Notes: generated by a model from the letters alone, not told the origin. A stretch of DNA of 61,146 nt from Flavobacteriales bacterium (GCA_046289975.1 JBKBUQ010000002.1:1-61146); one strand, 5' to 3'; counted from the first letter of the stretch, positions 36,871-47,497 are shown. Translations and numbers: made by a program.

Positions 36871-38025
36871 ATGAAAGACACCAGTAAACTCGGCTTTGGA
36901 ACACGCGCCATTCATGCAGGAATGGAACCTGATCCTTCTACCGGCGCTATTATGACGCCTATTTTCCAGACCTCTACTTTTGTTCAGGAATCTCCCGGAA
37001 AACATCAGGGATATGCATATGCGCGTGGAAAAAATCCAACACGTGCTGCACTCGAAAAAAATATTGCAGCATTGGAAAAAGCGAAACACGGATTGTGTTT
37101 TTCAAGCGGAATGGGCGCAATGGATGCGGTAATCAAATTGTTGCAGCCTGGTGATGAAGTGATAACAGGTGATGATTTGTACGGTGGTTCGTACCGCATG
37201 TTCACCAAGGTTTTCGCGCCATTCGGAATCAAGTTTCATTTTGTTGCCATGAACAATGCGGAGAACATCCGCAATTACATCAATGCAAATACAAAAATGA
37301 TCTGGCTGGAAACACCAACCAATCCAACCATGCAGATTATTGATATCGCCGCTTGTGCAACAATTGCGAAAGAGAAGAATTTACTGTTGGCTGTAGATAA
37401 TACGTTTGCTTCTCCCTATTTGCAAAATCCACTTGATTTGGGAGCTCATATTGTGATGCATTCGGTTACCAAATACCTGGGCGGACACAGCGACGTGGTG
37501 ATGGGTGCACTGGTGATGAACGATGATAAACTATTCGAGCGACTGGCTTTCATTCATAATTCCTGCGGTGCAACTCCCGGACCAATGGATTCTTTTTTGG
37601 TAATACGCGGAATAAAAACACTGCACCTGCGCATGGAACGTCATTGTTCCAACGGAGAGAAGATCGCTCATTTTTTACGTGTGCATCCGAAAATTGAAAA
37701 AGTGTACTGGCCCGGATTTGAAGACCATCCCAATCATGCCATTGCCAAAAAGCAAATGCGCGGATTTGGCGGAATGATTTCCTTCGTTTATAAGGGAAAC
37801 ATCGAAGAAACATTTAAGCTGGCATCTTCTTTCAACATCTTCTCATTGGCAGAATCGCTTGGAGGTGTTGAGTCGCTCATCAATCATCCGGCAACCATGA
37901 CTCATGCCTCCATTCCCAAGGAAGAGCGCGAAAAGGCCGGAGTGGTAGATTCATTGTTGCGTTTAAGCGTTGGTGTTGAAGATTGCGATGATTTACTTGC
38001 CGATCTTAAACAAGCATTGGGTTAA
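36871..38025 (+). CDS. Cys/Met-metabolism PLP-dependent enzyme (cystathionine gamma-synthase / gamma- or beta-lyase family)
   Basis: GYAYARGKNPTR, a DNTFASPYLQNPL motif, and the PLP-lysine motif HSVTKYLGGHSD. Confidence 0.9.
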   Translation: MKDTSKLGFGTRAIHAGMEPDPSTGAIMTPIFQTSTFVQESPGKHQGYAYARGKNPTRAALEKNIAALEKAKHGLCFSSGMGAMDAVIKLLQPGDEVITGDDLYGGSYRMFTKVFAPFGIKFHFVAMNNAENIRNYINANTKMIWLETPTNPTMQIIDIAACATIAKEKNLLLAVDNTFASPYLQNPLDLGAHIVMHSVTKYLGGHSDVVMGALVMNDDKLFERLAFIHNSCGATPGPMDSFLVIRGIKTLHLRMERHCSNGEKIAHFLRVHPKIEKVYWPGFEDHPNHAIAKKQMRGFGGMISFVYKGNIEETFKLASSFNIFSLAESLGGVESLINHPATMTHASIPKEEREKAGVVDSLLRLSVGVEDCDDLLADLKQALG

Positions 38026-38062
38026 TTCGCTTTTCGTATTTTATCATTTAACTTTTTAGATC

Positions 38063-38764
38063 ATGCCTTTACACGGAAATAAATTTGCAGTAATCGGAGT
38101 CGGACGGTACGGCTCCTCTATTGCGCGTCGACTAGCTCAAAAAGGAGCTGAAGTGTATTGTTTTGATCAGGACGAAGAAAAAATTGACAACGTAAAAGAC
38201 GATGTTGCCTACGCAGCAACGCTCGACTCGACCGACGATAAAGTTTTGGTTTCGCAAAACATTTCGGATGTGGATGGTGTTGTTGTTGCCATCGGAGAAA
38301 ATTTTGAGGCCACTATTCTTACTTGCGCACACCTGATCGATTTGGGAATTAAGCGCGTAATTGCAAGGGCACATGGTCCGCAACAAAAAATGATTCTTGA
38401 AAAAATCGGTGTGAAAGAAATTCTCTTACCCGAAGAAGAAGTTGCATTCGTGGTAGCAGAGCGTTTGCTGAATCCAAGTATTTTGTCTTTTCTTCAACTA
38501 CCTGATGATTACGAAATCGCCGAGATACGCGCCCCAAAAAACATTGTGAACCGCACCTTAAACGATATCGGATTGCGTGATAAATACCGCCTCACGCTTA
38601 TTACGATTAAGCGTAGTTTCGATGGAAAAGACGGAGCGGATGTGGTAAAAGAAGATCACATTCTCGGCGTTCCCAAATCAGAAAGTGTGGTGTACGATAC
38701 CGATACACTGATCATCTTCGGGACATCACACGATGTTGCGCGTTTTATTGATATCAATCAGTAA
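38063..38764 (+). CDS. TrkA/KtrA-type K+ transport regulatory protein (RCK N and C domains)
   Basis: KFAVIGVGRYGSSIARRL Rossmann motif and a C-terminal TrkA_C-like segment. Confidence 0.85.
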   Translation: MPLHGNKFAVIGVGRYGSSIARRLAQKGAEVYCFDQDEEKIDNVKDDVAYAATLDSTDDKVLVSQNISDVDGVVVAIGENFEATILTCAHLIDLGIKRVIARAHGPQQKMILEKIGVKEILLPEEEVAFVVAERLLNPSILSFLQLPDDYEIAEIRAPKNIVNRTLNDIGLRDKYRLTLITIKRSFDGKDGADVVKEDHILGVPKSESVVYDTDTLIIFGTSHDVARFIDINQ

Positions 38765-38767
38765 ACA

Positions 38768-39487
38768 TTGGACCATTACTTCATCACTGGAACCGGAAGA
38801 GGAATTGGAAAATCCCTTGTGGAAGAATTGTTGGGCAAGGCAAAAGTTACTGGATACAGTCGCAGCAATCAAATTCATCATCCCGACTACACACATTATT
38901 CCATCGATCTTTCCCATCCGGGAGCAGTTGCAGAAATGCCGCTTGAACTTCCTGATGATGCAGATCGCGTTGTATTCATTAACAATGCAGGAACAATTGG
39001 TGAAATAAACCGCACCGGCGATCTATCACAGGAGCATTATCAGCAGGTTTTTCAGCTGAATCTGGTGTCACTCACCCAAATATGCGACCGTTTCCTAAAT
39101 CAGGCAAGGACTAAAAATTATCCCTGTTTATTGCTAAACATCAGTTCAGGAGCTGCAATTAATCCTATTCCATCCTGGGCTGCCTATTGTGCAAGCAAGG
39201 CTGGTGTAGATATGTTTACCCGGGTGTTAAATGCAGAATTACAAGAACTTAAGCTTGATCATATCCGTGTGTTTTCCGTTTATCCCGGAGTAGTGGATAC
39301 TGGTATGCAAGCCTACATTCGGTCTTCTGATCCCGGAAATTTTTCATCGCTTCTCAGATTTCAGGAGTACAAGGATGAGGGAAAGCTGTATAGACCTGAG
39401 CAGGTCACTGCAGCAATATTGAGTATATTTAAGGACCTTAGTGCACTCACAGACCCCGTGGTGAATCTCAGGGACTATATTCAATAA
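38768..39487 (+). CDS. Short-chain dehydrogenase/reductase (sepiapterin-reductase-like; apparent TTG start)
   Basis: ITGTGRGIGKSL, NNAG, and the catalytic YCASKAG (YxxxK) motif. Confidence 0.8.
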   Translation: MDHYFITGTGRGIGKSLVEELLGKAKVTGYSRSNQIHHPDYTHYSIDLSHPGAVAEMPLELPDDADRVVFINNAGTIGEINRTGDLSQEHYQQVFQLNLVSLTQICDRFLNQARTKNYPCLLLNISSGAAINPIPSWAAYCASKAGVDMFTRVLNAELQELKLDHIRVFSVYPGVVDTGMQAYIRSSDPGNFSSLLRFQEYKDEGKLYRPEQVTAAILSIFKDLSALTDPVVNLRDYIQ

Positions 39488-39502
39488 CTCTCTCTTTGAA
39501 CA

Positions 39503-41605
39503 ATGAAAAAGACAATGCTTTTATTGGGTGCCGTATTTGCGAGCACGCTATTATCCGCTCAACTCAGGGAACAACAGGTTGAACCTTGTGGTCAGCATCG
39601 TTTTACTGAAAAGGTAAAGCAGGAAGTTGGTTATAACGCCGTTCATCAACTTGCTGAAGATGCTTATGAAGCAGAAATTCAACAGATCATTGCTAACCAA
39701 ACTCCGGAAATACGTGGGGGGTCTGTTGTTTATGTTATCCCTATAGTATTCCATATCGTTCACGAGGGAGGTACAGAAAACATTTCGGATGCGCAGATAC
39801 AGGATGCGGTATTTATTCTTAACCGCGATTACAATAAGCAAAACGCAGATACTTCAGCAGTTGTTTCTGCATTTGCAAACAACATCGCAAATGTGGGCAT
39901 CGAATTCCGACTTGCGCAATACGATGAGCTGGGCGCTTGTGTGAGTGGTATTACGCGTACCTATTCCACTAAAACCAACGACGGAGATCGTCCAATGGTG
40001 GATGATGTTAACCGTAACCTGAACAACAGTACAACCAATACTAACAACGTTCGTTTTCCACGGAATCACTATCTCAATATTTGGGTATGTAAAAACGCTG
40101 ACGGTGCTGCCGGTTATACCATGACACCAAACGGATTTACGCCTGCGAAATACGATGGTATTTGGGTGAATCACAATTATGTTGGTTCAATCGGTACCGG
40201 TGCAGTACAGCGCAGCAGAACCCTTACGCACGAAGTTGGTCACTGGCTTAATTTGTCGCATGTATGGGGAAGCACCAATAATCCCGGTGTTTCCTGCGGT
40301 GATGATAATGTAACCGATACTCCACAGACCATGGGATGGAATACATGTAACATTAATGGTGCTACCTGTGGTAATACCATCGATAACGTACAGAACTATA
40401 TGGAGTATTCGTATTGCTCACGTATGTTCACCAACGGACAAAAAGCGCGTATGATTGCTGCGTTGAATTCTTCAACCGGACAGCGCAATCAGCTTTGGCA
40501 GGCACAGAATATTATCGATGCGGGTGTTACGGGTGTGGATAATCTTTGTGCTGCGGATTTTTCAACCTTTAATCAAGTAGTTTGTGTGGGTCAGTCAGTT
40601 AATTTCACAGACAATTCATTCCATGGCCCTACCACCTGGAGCTGGTCCTTCAACGGCGCATCTCCGTCAACAAGTTCAGATCAGAATCCGACCGGAATTG
40701 TGTACAGTGCACCAGGAACCTATGCGGTATCCTTAACTGTTGGCAACGGAAGCGTAACACAAACAGCCACAAAAAATTCTTACATCACTGTTCTTCCCTA
40801 TAACGGTTTGGGTACTCCATTTTCCGAAGGGTTTGAAAGCGCAACCACCGTTCCGAATGCCAATTGGTTCATCAATAATTTTGATGGCGGACAGGCATGG
40901 CAGGTAAGTAATCTTGCAGCGGCAACAGGAACAAATTGCATCCGTTTAAACAACAGCGCCCAATCTGCAGGTGCGGTTGATGAGATTCAGTCGGTTACTT
41001 ACGACATGAGTATGTACGGTTCAATTCAGTTAAGTTTCAAATATGCATTCGCTTATAAGAATTCATCTACCAATACGGATAAAATCAAAGTTTACGCTTC
41101 TTCAGATTGTGGTGAAACATGGCAGTTGCGCCGTAACATTGCCAGTACATCGCTTCCTACTGCACCTAACACAACAACAGCTTTTACGCCAAATTCTAGT
41201 CAGTGGGTGCAGGTAGATGTAACCAATCTTACGGCTTATCTGGTTCCTAATTTCATGTTCAAGATCTCCTTCGAAGCAGGTGGTGGAAACAACGTTTATA
41301 TCGACGATATCAATCTTTCCGGAGCGGTTGCCGTGGAAGAGGCCGACAATGATTTTGCGTTCAGTATTTTCCCCAATCCTTCAAGTGATCTGGCTAATCT
41401 GGTTTTCGTTCTTAACAGCAATGAAACAGTTAGCATCGAATTGTTCGATATGCTTGGCAAAGTGGTAGTGGGACGTAACCTGGGGAATCTTTCTTCAGGC
41501 GAACACAATCTTTCTGTTCCACGTGGCGATCTTGCATCAGGAGTTTACTATGTTCGTTTGAATGTAGGAGGACAATCCGTTGTGAAGAAATTGATCCTCG
41601 AGTAA
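39503..41605 (+). CDS. M43 (pappalysin/cytophagalysin-type) zinc metalloprotease with a PKD-like domain and a T9SS type-A tail
   Basis: It has a signal peptide, the zinc site LTHEVGHWLNLSHVWG, and a PKD-like segment VNFTDNS..GPTTWSWSFNGASPS. The C-terminus reads FPNPSSDLANLVF...GVYYVRLNVGGQSVVKKLILE. Confidence 0.8.
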   Translation: MKKTMLLLGAVFASTLLSAQLREQQVEPCGQHRFTEKVKQEVGYNAVHQLAEDAYEAEIQQIIANQTPEIRGGSVVYVIPIVFHIVHEGGTENISDAQIQDAVFILNRDYNKQNADTSAVVSAFANNIANVGIEFRLAQYDELGACVSGITRTYSTKTNDGDRPMVDDVNRNLNNSTTNTNNVRFPRNHYLNIWVCKNADGAAGYTMTPNGFTPAKYDGIWVNHNYVGSIGTGAVQRSRTLTHEVGHWLNLSHVWGSTNNPGVSCGDDNVTDTPQTMGWNTCNINGATCGNTIDNVQNYMEYSYCSRMFTNGQKARMIAALNSSTGQRNQLWQAQNIIDAGVTGVDNLCAADFSTFNQVVCVGQSVNFTDNSFHGPTTWSWSFNGASPSTSSDQNPTGIVYSAPGTYAVSLTVGNGSVTQTATKNSYITVLPYNGLGTPFSEGFESATTVPNANWFINNFDGGQAWQVSNLAAATGTNCIRLNNSAQSAGAVDEIQSVTYDMSMYGSIQLSFKYAFAYKNSSTNTDKIKVYASSDCGETWQLRRNIASTSLPTAPNTTTAFTPNSSQWVQVDVTNLTAYLVPNFMFKISFEAGGGNNVYIDDINLSGAVAVEEADNDFAFSIFPNPSSDLANLVFVLNSNETVSIELFDMLGKVVVGRNLGNLSSGEHNLSVPRGDLASGVYYVRLNVGGQSVVKKLILE

Positions 41606-41626
41606 CAGAGCTATAATAATCCTAAA

Positions 41627-41658
41627 AAGACCGTCTCCATTAGAGACGGTCTTTTTTT
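41627..41658 (+). terminator. Rho-independent terminator
   Basis: AAGACCGTCTCcattaGAGACGGTCTT is followed by TTTTT. Confidence 0.85.
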
Positions 41659-41804
41659 GTGCTTATGGTTAAGGCACAAAGTAAGAAGGGCAGTTCTGCT
41701 TTCGGGCTGCAATACGGTTTTGTGTATTAGCAAGTCTGCGAATGCAATTTCGAATTACCGATTGCAGGGACTCTTTGTTCGACAGCCTTCAACAGGCTAT
41801 ACGA

Positions 41805-41831
41805 AACAAAAAAAGCGCCTTGGAGGGCGCT
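41805..41831 (-). terminator. Rho-independent terminator (minus strand)
   Basis: Read on the minus strand, AGCGCCctccaaGGCGCT is followed by TTTTTTT, about 20 nt after the stop of the 41851-42297 gene. Confidence 0.7.
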
Positions 41832-41850
41832 TAAAAAGAAGTGGGATGTA

Positions 41851-42297
41851 TTATTTTTTAATAAATCCTATCAATATCGAAACACAACCTTCGGGAACAA
41901 TATCATTATTGTTTTTTGCTTCCGGTACGTTAATTTCTACAATAAGCTGTTGGGTGGAGGCTACTTTAAAATCGAAGTAGTTCTGACTCGGATTCTTTTT
42001 CGATTCGTAAATGGGATTGCGGTCGGAATCCAACACACGGAAACTTACTGCACCAAGTACAGGCATGGAGCAGATCATTAAACGATATTCCTGACCGGCG
42101 AAAAAAGTAAGCAGCAATTCTGCTTTGTCGCCCGGAACGAGGATCGCATTATTGACCTGACCGTTGTGGAGGTAGGGAGTTAATTCCGGACGGCAGTTGC
42201 GTTTTACGTAGCTTTTGCATTGTGCATCTGCTTCTTGTGTCATGCCAAGAAAAGCAAAAAGAGCAAGAAAGAGGATATGGCGGAATTTCATGATCAC
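41851..42297 (-). CDS. Hypothetical secreted protein
   Basis: It has the signal peptide FRHILFLALFAFLGMTQEADA. It is Cys-containing and beta-rich, and it overlaps the upstream lipoprotein gene by 4 nt. Confidence 0.5.
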   Translation of the reverse strand: MIMKFRHILFLALFAFLGMTQEADAQCKSYVKRNCRPELTPYLHNGQVNNAILVPGDKAELLLTFFAGQEYRLMICSMPVLGAVSFRVLDSDRNPIYESKKNPSQNYFDFKVASTQQLIVEINVPEAKNNNDIVPEGCVSILIGFIKK

Positions 42298-43247
42298 TTG
42301 ATTTTAGTATAACTGTCGCGGATTTCCTTAACGACTTTACGAAGTTCTTTGAATTGTTCTGTTGACATTTCCACTTTGGTGGTTCCTCCAATAACGGTTT
42401 TTCCGTCGCTGTCGGTGCTCACTTTGGTGTCTTGTTTTTCCACTACAATTCCCTCGTAAATTTTTGAGATGCGGGTAAGATCACCATAAAGTGATTTTAC
42501 ATCTTCATCGGCGATATACTGTTCAATAAACTTCATCAGGTTGCCCAGCGAAAGTTTTTGTTCAGCAATCCGGCTCATGATGTCCTGGTTTGGTTTTTTT
42601 TCGTTTACGGTTTGTGTAGCCAAGTACAATCCTTCAACCCATCCTGCGCCAATAATCAAGGCCGAAAGCTCATCTTTGTCGTTTTCTGCAAGGTATTCTT
42701 CCAGTTCATAAAACATGTCGGAAATGATTGTGAGCATGGAGTCGCGGTTGTCGATGTTCTCTTCGGCGCGGGTTACGGTTTCGTCGGTAATTGCATTTTC
42801 AATTCCCAATTTTTCCGCAAGAGAGCGTGTGCATTCCATGTAGAACATGGTTTCGTTGGTGCGCTCGTAAACGGAGCAGTAGTTGAGGTCGGCTCCGTAA
42901 ATACCAAGGTTGAGCGCCTGCTTACGTGGAGTAGTGTATTTATCTACAAAATTGATATCGTTCACCAGCTTCATGTTATACTCCGCTCCGGCTGTGGTTA
43001 ACAGCGATGCCATTTCTGAAGTAGAGGGAATACTATAGTAAACCTTCTGAGCCTGTTCGATCTTGCTCTTGGTGTCGTCGATGGTATCACCGGCAATTTT
43101 GGTGCTGTCCACTTTAATGAGTGAACTGTCGGCTTCTCCGCCACCACAGGCGAAAAATACTCCTGCAGCTATCACCGCAATACCGCCCAGCAGAATGTTC
43201 TTGTTCATGTCGCGTTTTATTTGGTAATCAAATATAAAAGAATTCAA
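42294..43247 (-). CDS. Hypothetical lipoprotein (all-helical)
   Basis: The internal Met gives MNKNILLGGIAVIAAGVFFAC, a lipobox-like signal with Cys. Track ORF coordinates are used. Confidence 0.5.
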   Translation of the reverse strand: MNSFIFDYQIKRDMNKNILLGGIAVIAAGVFFACGGGEADSSLIKVDSTKIAGDTIDDTKSKIEQAQKVYYSIPSTSEMASLLTTAGAEYNMKLVNDINFVDKYTTPRKQALNLGIYGADLNYCSVYERTNETMFYMECTRSLAEKLGIENAITDETVTRAEENIDNRDSMLTIISDMFYELEEYLAENDKDELSALIIGAGWVEGLYLATQTVNEKKPNQDIMSRIAEQKLSLGNLMKFIEQYIADEDVKSLYGDLTRISKIYEGIVVEKQDTKVSTDSDGKTVIGGTTKVEMSTEQFKELRKVVKEIRDSYTKIK

Positions 43248-43573
43248 ACACTCCCCATGAGGGGCCGGGCCTGCAGATAGGTTATTTTATCAACAGGCTT
43301 TTGTAGGTTGACGTGTTTCCATATTCCGCTTAATTAATTAAGGTAATAACTCAATTGCCTTCCTTTTAAATCTGAATACGTTTATGTGGTGATTCACTTT
43401 TTCTATTTAAGTTCCTGTTCAGTCGCCTTTAGATCAAACCGGGTCTTTACCACAAACCGAATTCATTTTTTTCAAAGCAATCCTTGCTTTACAAACTCAT
43501 TTGATCAGTTCACAAAACGGATTTTTATCTTTTGGAAATTCAAGCGACATTTGGATACATAATTTAAGAACTT

Positions 43574-44578
43574 ATGAAAAAATCACTACTTCTTGCATTT
43601 GGACTATTTAGTCAGACCTTTTCTTTTGCCGGCGGATTAAACCCCCTCGGGCTTAATTTTGATGGCATCGACGATGCCATAAACACAAACTATTACAATA
43701 ATGACGGGGTTTTTACCTACGAATGTTGGGTGAGAAGCAGTAATGCGCCGATAGGTGTAAGTTATAAAGGACCGATGTATAGCGACAATGCTGCCATTAT
43801 CTGGGATCATGCTCAATCCGGTTTTTCCGGATCTGCGTCGGTCCGTGATGCTGCCGGGATTTATTATGCTGCCTCTTTTGGCGCCTTAAATGCCAACCAG
43901 TGGTATCATTTAGCAGCAACGTATGATGGTTCTGAATTAAGGGCTTATAAAAACGGAGAATTGATTTCAGTTGAAACAACTACCGGTGGATTGTATCCGG
44001 GTACAAGTGAGCTTGTGATAGGAAAGCACCCTACAATTGCTTATTACTGGCAAGGCGAACTTGATGAGGTAAGAGTCTGGAATTATGCACGTAGCTGTGA
44101 TGAGATTAATGCAGACATGAATGGCTCCGTTTCCGGAAATCCGGGGAGCAGTTTGGTATTGCATTACAATTTTGATTCCAACGCATCTGCCAATGGGAAC
44201 AATGTTTCGGTAACTACAATTCCAAATCTTGCTACCAGCGGAACAATTTATGATGGTGTGCTTTCAGGCTTTGCAATGACCGGATCAACATCAAATCTGG
44301 TACAAGGTGCGCCATTCGGGCTTACAGTTGTATGTTCTCCTTCTGCTGTTAGTGAAATTCAAGCACACGCTATTTCTATTTTTCCAAATCCTGTGAATGA
44401 TATTCTAACTATAAACACATCCAATTCCGGTATGGTATATCTGGTGAATACGCTTGGAGCAATTGTTCATCAAGTTTTTGTTCAGGAAAAAGCAAGCGTT
44501 AACGTTAGTGCTCTCACTCCTGGTGTTTATTTTATCCGAATGGAAAATGGAACCACAAAGCGGTTTATTAAGCAGTGA
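43574..44578 (+). CDS. LamG (concanavalin-A-like lectin) domain protein with a T9SS type-A tail
   Basis: WYHLAATYDGSELRAYKNGEL...GELDEVRVWNYARS is the Laminin_G_3 signature. The C-terminus reads FPNPVNDILTINT...PGVYFIRMENGTTKRFIKQ. Confidence 0.8.
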   Translation: MKKSLLLAFGLFSQTFSFAGGLNPLGLNFDGIDDAINTNYYNNDGVFTYECWVRSSNAPIGVSYKGPMYSDNAAIIWDHAQSGFSGSASVRDAAGIYYAASFGALNANQWYHLAATYDGSELRAYKNGELISVETTTGGLYPGTSELVIGKHPTIAYYWQGELDEVRVWNYARSCDEINADMNGSVSGNPGSSLVLHYNFDSNASANGNNVSVTTIPNLATSGTIYDGVLSGFAMTGSTSNLVQGAPFGLTVVCSPSAVSEIQAHAISIFPNPVNDILTINTSNSGMVYLVNTLGAIVHQVFVQEKASVNVSALTPGVYFIRMENGTTKRFIKQ

Positions 44579-44597
44579 TAAAAACACTATAAGCATA

Positions 44598-44629
44598 AAA
44601 GGCATCTCCATGAGATGCCTTTATTTTTT
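44598..44629. terminator. Hairpin terminator between convergent genes
   Basis: AAAGGCATCTCcatGAGATGCCTTT is followed by ATTTTTT. Confidence 0.8.
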
Positions 44630-44641
44630 CCCTTAAACCAA

Positions 44642-47446
44642 TCAATGTGCTTCCAGCCAGTCTTTACCCTGTTGGATTTCCACAATGAGCGGGACTGATA
44701 ATTCAACTGCTTTTTCCATTTTTTCCTTCACCATCGGCATGAGTTCTGCAACTTCACTTATATGTGCATCGAAAACCAATTCATCATGCACCTGCAACAC
44801 CATTTTGCTTTTCATGTTCCGGCGACGCATTTCATTGTGAATGTTGATCATCGCAATTTTTATGATATCCGCTGCCGAACCTTGCAAAGGTGTGTTAATG
44901 GCGTTTCGTTCTGCAAATCCTCTGTCGGTATTGTTGCTGGCTTTGATGTTAGGCAAATACCGTCTGCGACCAAGTAGTGTTTCAACAAATCCTATCTCCT
45001 GTGCTTTGCGGATGCAGTCCTCCATGTATTTTTTTACTCCGGGATAGGTTGTGAAATACTGATCAATGATCTCTTTTGCTTCTTTCTGCGGAATAGAGAG
45101 CGATTGCGATAAACCGTATGCGCTTTGTCCGTAGATGATTCCAAAATTCACTGCCTTGGCGCGGCTTCGCATATCTTTGGTGATTTCCTCCTGCGGTACG
45201 CCAAATACGCGTGCTGCTGTGGCGGTGTGGATGTCGAGATTGTTGCGAAAAGCTTCCGTCATATGCTCATCTCCGCTCAAAGCAGCCATCAGCCGAAGTT
45301 CAACTTGCGAATAGTCGGCAGATACCAGCACATGATCCTTATCGCGGGGAATAAATGCTTTACGGATCTTTCTTCCGCGCTCTGTACGGATGGGGATATT
45401 CTGCAGGTTGGGCTGATTCGAAGAGAGTCGCCCGGTAGCAGTTACTGCCTGCATAAAACTGGTATGTACTCTTCCGGTCGACGGGTGCACCATTTCGGGC
45501 AGTGCATCTACATAGGTCGATTTCAATTTACCCAATTCCCGGAAATCGAGAATCATGTTGATGATGGGGTGTTTGTCGGCAAGCTTTTGCAAAACGTCTT
45601 CGGAAGTGGCGTACTGACCGGTCTTTGTCTTTTTTGCTTTGTCATCGATCTTCAGTACCTCAAAAAGAATTTGTCCGAGTTGCTTGGGCGAATTCAGATT
45701 GAAAGCGGTTCCTGCAGCTTTGCTGATTTCCTTTTCCAAATCTTCCATTTCCTTTCCAAGCTGAGCAGAATACGTATTGAGGAAAGCACCATCCAGATTC
45801 ACTCCTTCGAGCTCCATATGCGCCAGTACTTTTAGCAGCGGACATTCAATGCCATGAAAAAGATTTTCTGCTTCGCGTTCTTTCAGTTTAGGTTCAAACA
45901 CTGTTTTCAGTTGCAGTGTAATATCTGCATCTTCTGCTGCGTATTCGGTAATCAACTCCACCGGAACATCGCGCATGCTGCCTTGCTCTTTCCCTTTTCT
46001 ACCAATGAGTTCGGTGATGGAAACCGGAGTGTAATCCAGGTAATTTTCTGCCAGCTCATCCATCCCGTGTTTTTGTTCGGGCTCCAACAGATAATGAGCA
46101 AGCATGGTATCAAATAATTCGCCTTTTACTTCGAGTCCCTGTACCAACAACACCATGTAATCGTATTTGATGTTTTGTCCAATCTTGCGGATGTTTTCGT
46201 TTTCGAATACTTTTCTGAATTTTTCAAGTAAGGATTTACTTGCATTCGGATCGGTGGGAAAAGGAACATACCAGGCCTCCTGTTTTTTCCAGGCAAAAGA
46301 CAAGCCCACAATTTCTGCATCAAGCGGCTCAAGCGAAGTGGTTTCACTGTCGAAACAAAATTCGCTGAGGGCTGAAAGTTCCTTAATGAGTTGATCCACT
46401 TTTTCGGGAGTATCGGCTGCATGATAGTGATGCGTGATATCCTTGATGGTTTTGTGTTGACGCGTTTCGCCTTCGGTAATTTCTGTTTCAGTGTTGGGTG
46501 CTGCACCTTCGCTGAAGAGATCGATCTGATCACCATTGCGTGCAGGAGTTTTTATTTCTGTGTTGAGAATGCGTTTACTGAGTGTGCGGAATTCCAACTC
46601 ACTGAACAGTTCAAGCAGTTTGTCTTTGTCGGGTTCTTCCAGAATAAGATCATTCTCGTTGAACTCAACAGGAGAATCGAGCAATATGGTGGCCAGTTTT
46701 TTGGAAAGCAAAGCTTGTTCGCGGTACGTTTCAAGATTTTCTTTCAGTTTGCCCTTCAGTTTGTCGGTATTTGCAAGTACGTTCTCTACACTGCCATAAT
46801 CCTTGATGAGTTGCGCAGCGGTTTTTGGTCCAACACCGGGCACACCGGGAATGTTATCGACTTTATCGCCCATAAGACCGAGCACATCGATCACTTGAGT
46901 GGTGCGTTCAATGCCGAATTTTTCACACACTTCACGGGCTCCAACCACCTCTGCTTCATTGCCGAAACGGCCGGGTTTGTAAATGAGGATGTTTTCGTTT
47001 ACGAGCTGACCAAAATCTTTGTCGGGGGTCATCATGTAGGTAGTGAATCCCTTTTCCTCCGCTTTTTTAGCCAGTGTACCAATTACATCGTCCGCTTCAT
47101 AACCGTCGGTTTCCAAAACGGGAATACGAAATGCTTTAATGATTTCCTTGATGTAAGGTACCCCCACAATGATGGCCTCGGGGGTTTCATCGCGGTTGGC
47201 TTTGTAAGCTGCGAATTCTTCATGACGCACAGTTGGGGCTGCGGTATCGAATACAACAGCAATGTGAGTTGGTTTTTCTTTTTTGAGCAGTTCAACCAGT
47301 GTGTTGGTAAATCCCAATACTGCGGAGGTATCCACCCCTTTTGAGTTTACCGGATTGAATTTAGCATTCGCTGCCAGTGCAAAATAGCCCCGGAAAATGA
47401 GCGCAAAGGCATCCAGCAGAAAGAGTTTTTTATCGTTTTCGGCCAT
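44642..47446 (-). CDS. polA: DNA polymerase I
   Basis: A 934-aa protein with a 5'-3' exonuclease N-terminus (LLDAFALIFRGYFA) and a 3'-5' exonuclease region. Pol A motifs are DYSQVELRLMA, RSRAKAVNFGIIYG and QVHDELVF. Confidence 0.97.
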   Translation of the reverse strand: MAENDKKLFLLDAFALIFRGYFALAANAKFNPVNSKGVDTSAVLGFTNTLVELLKKEKPTHIAVVFDTAAPTVRHEEFAAYKANRDETPEAIIVGVPYIKEIIKAFRIPVLETDGYEADDVIGTLAKKAEEKGFTTYMMTPDKDFGQLVNENILIYKPGRFGNEAEVVGAREVCEKFGIERTTQVIDVLGLMGDKVDNIPGVPGVGPKTAAQLIKDYGSVENVLANTDKLKGKLKENLETYREQALLSKKLATILLDSPVEFNENDLILEEPDKDKLLELFSELEFRTLSKRILNTEIKTPARNGDQIDLFSEGAAPNTETEITEGETRQHKTIKDITHHYHAADTPEKVDQLIKELSALSEFCFDSETTSLEPLDAEIVGLSFAWKKQEAWYVPFPTDPNASKSLLEKFRKVFENENIRKIGQNIKYDYMVLLVQGLEVKGELFDTMLAHYLLEPEQKHGMDELAENYLDYTPVSITELIGRKGKEQGSMRDVPVELITEYAAEDADITLQLKTVFEPKLKEREAENLFHGIECPLLKVLAHMELEGVNLDGAFLNTYSAQLGKEMEDLEKEISKAAGTAFNLNSPKQLGQILFEVLKIDDKAKKTKTGQYATSEDVLQKLADKHPIINMILDFRELGKLKSTYVDALPEMVHPSTGRVHTSFMQAVTATGRLSSNQPNLQNIPIRTERGRKIRKAFIPRDKDHVLVSADYSQVELRLMAALSGDEHMTEAFRNNLDIHTATAARVFGVPQEEITKDMRSRAKAVNFGIIYGQSAYGLSQSLSIPQKEAKEIIDQYFTTYPGVKKYMEDCIRKAQEIGFVETLLGRRRYLPNIKASNNTDRGFAERNAINTPLQGSAADIIKIAMINIHNEMRRRNMKSKMVLQVHDELVFDAHISEVAELMPMVKEKMEKAVELSVPLIVEIQQGKDWLEAH

Positions 47447-47497
47447 GTTTTCAGTTTCAGAGGCAAGATAAGGAGAGTTTTTTCATAAATTGCTTTC

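Noticed and set aside
43197-43210. An apparent 1-nt frame inconsistency when I hand-translated the 5' end of the 42294-43247 lipoprotein gene
   Set aside because: The supplied ORF track reads through this point without interruption, and flanking coordinates check out. This is most likely my own base-counting error, so no frameshift is claimed and the track coordinates are kept.
45125-47344. Long plus-strand ORFs (236 aa and 317 aa) inside polA
   Set aside because: They are antisense shadow ORFs of a 934-aa polA gene whose motifs are unambiguous. Their sequences are Phe/Cys/Gly-rich and lack domain signatures.
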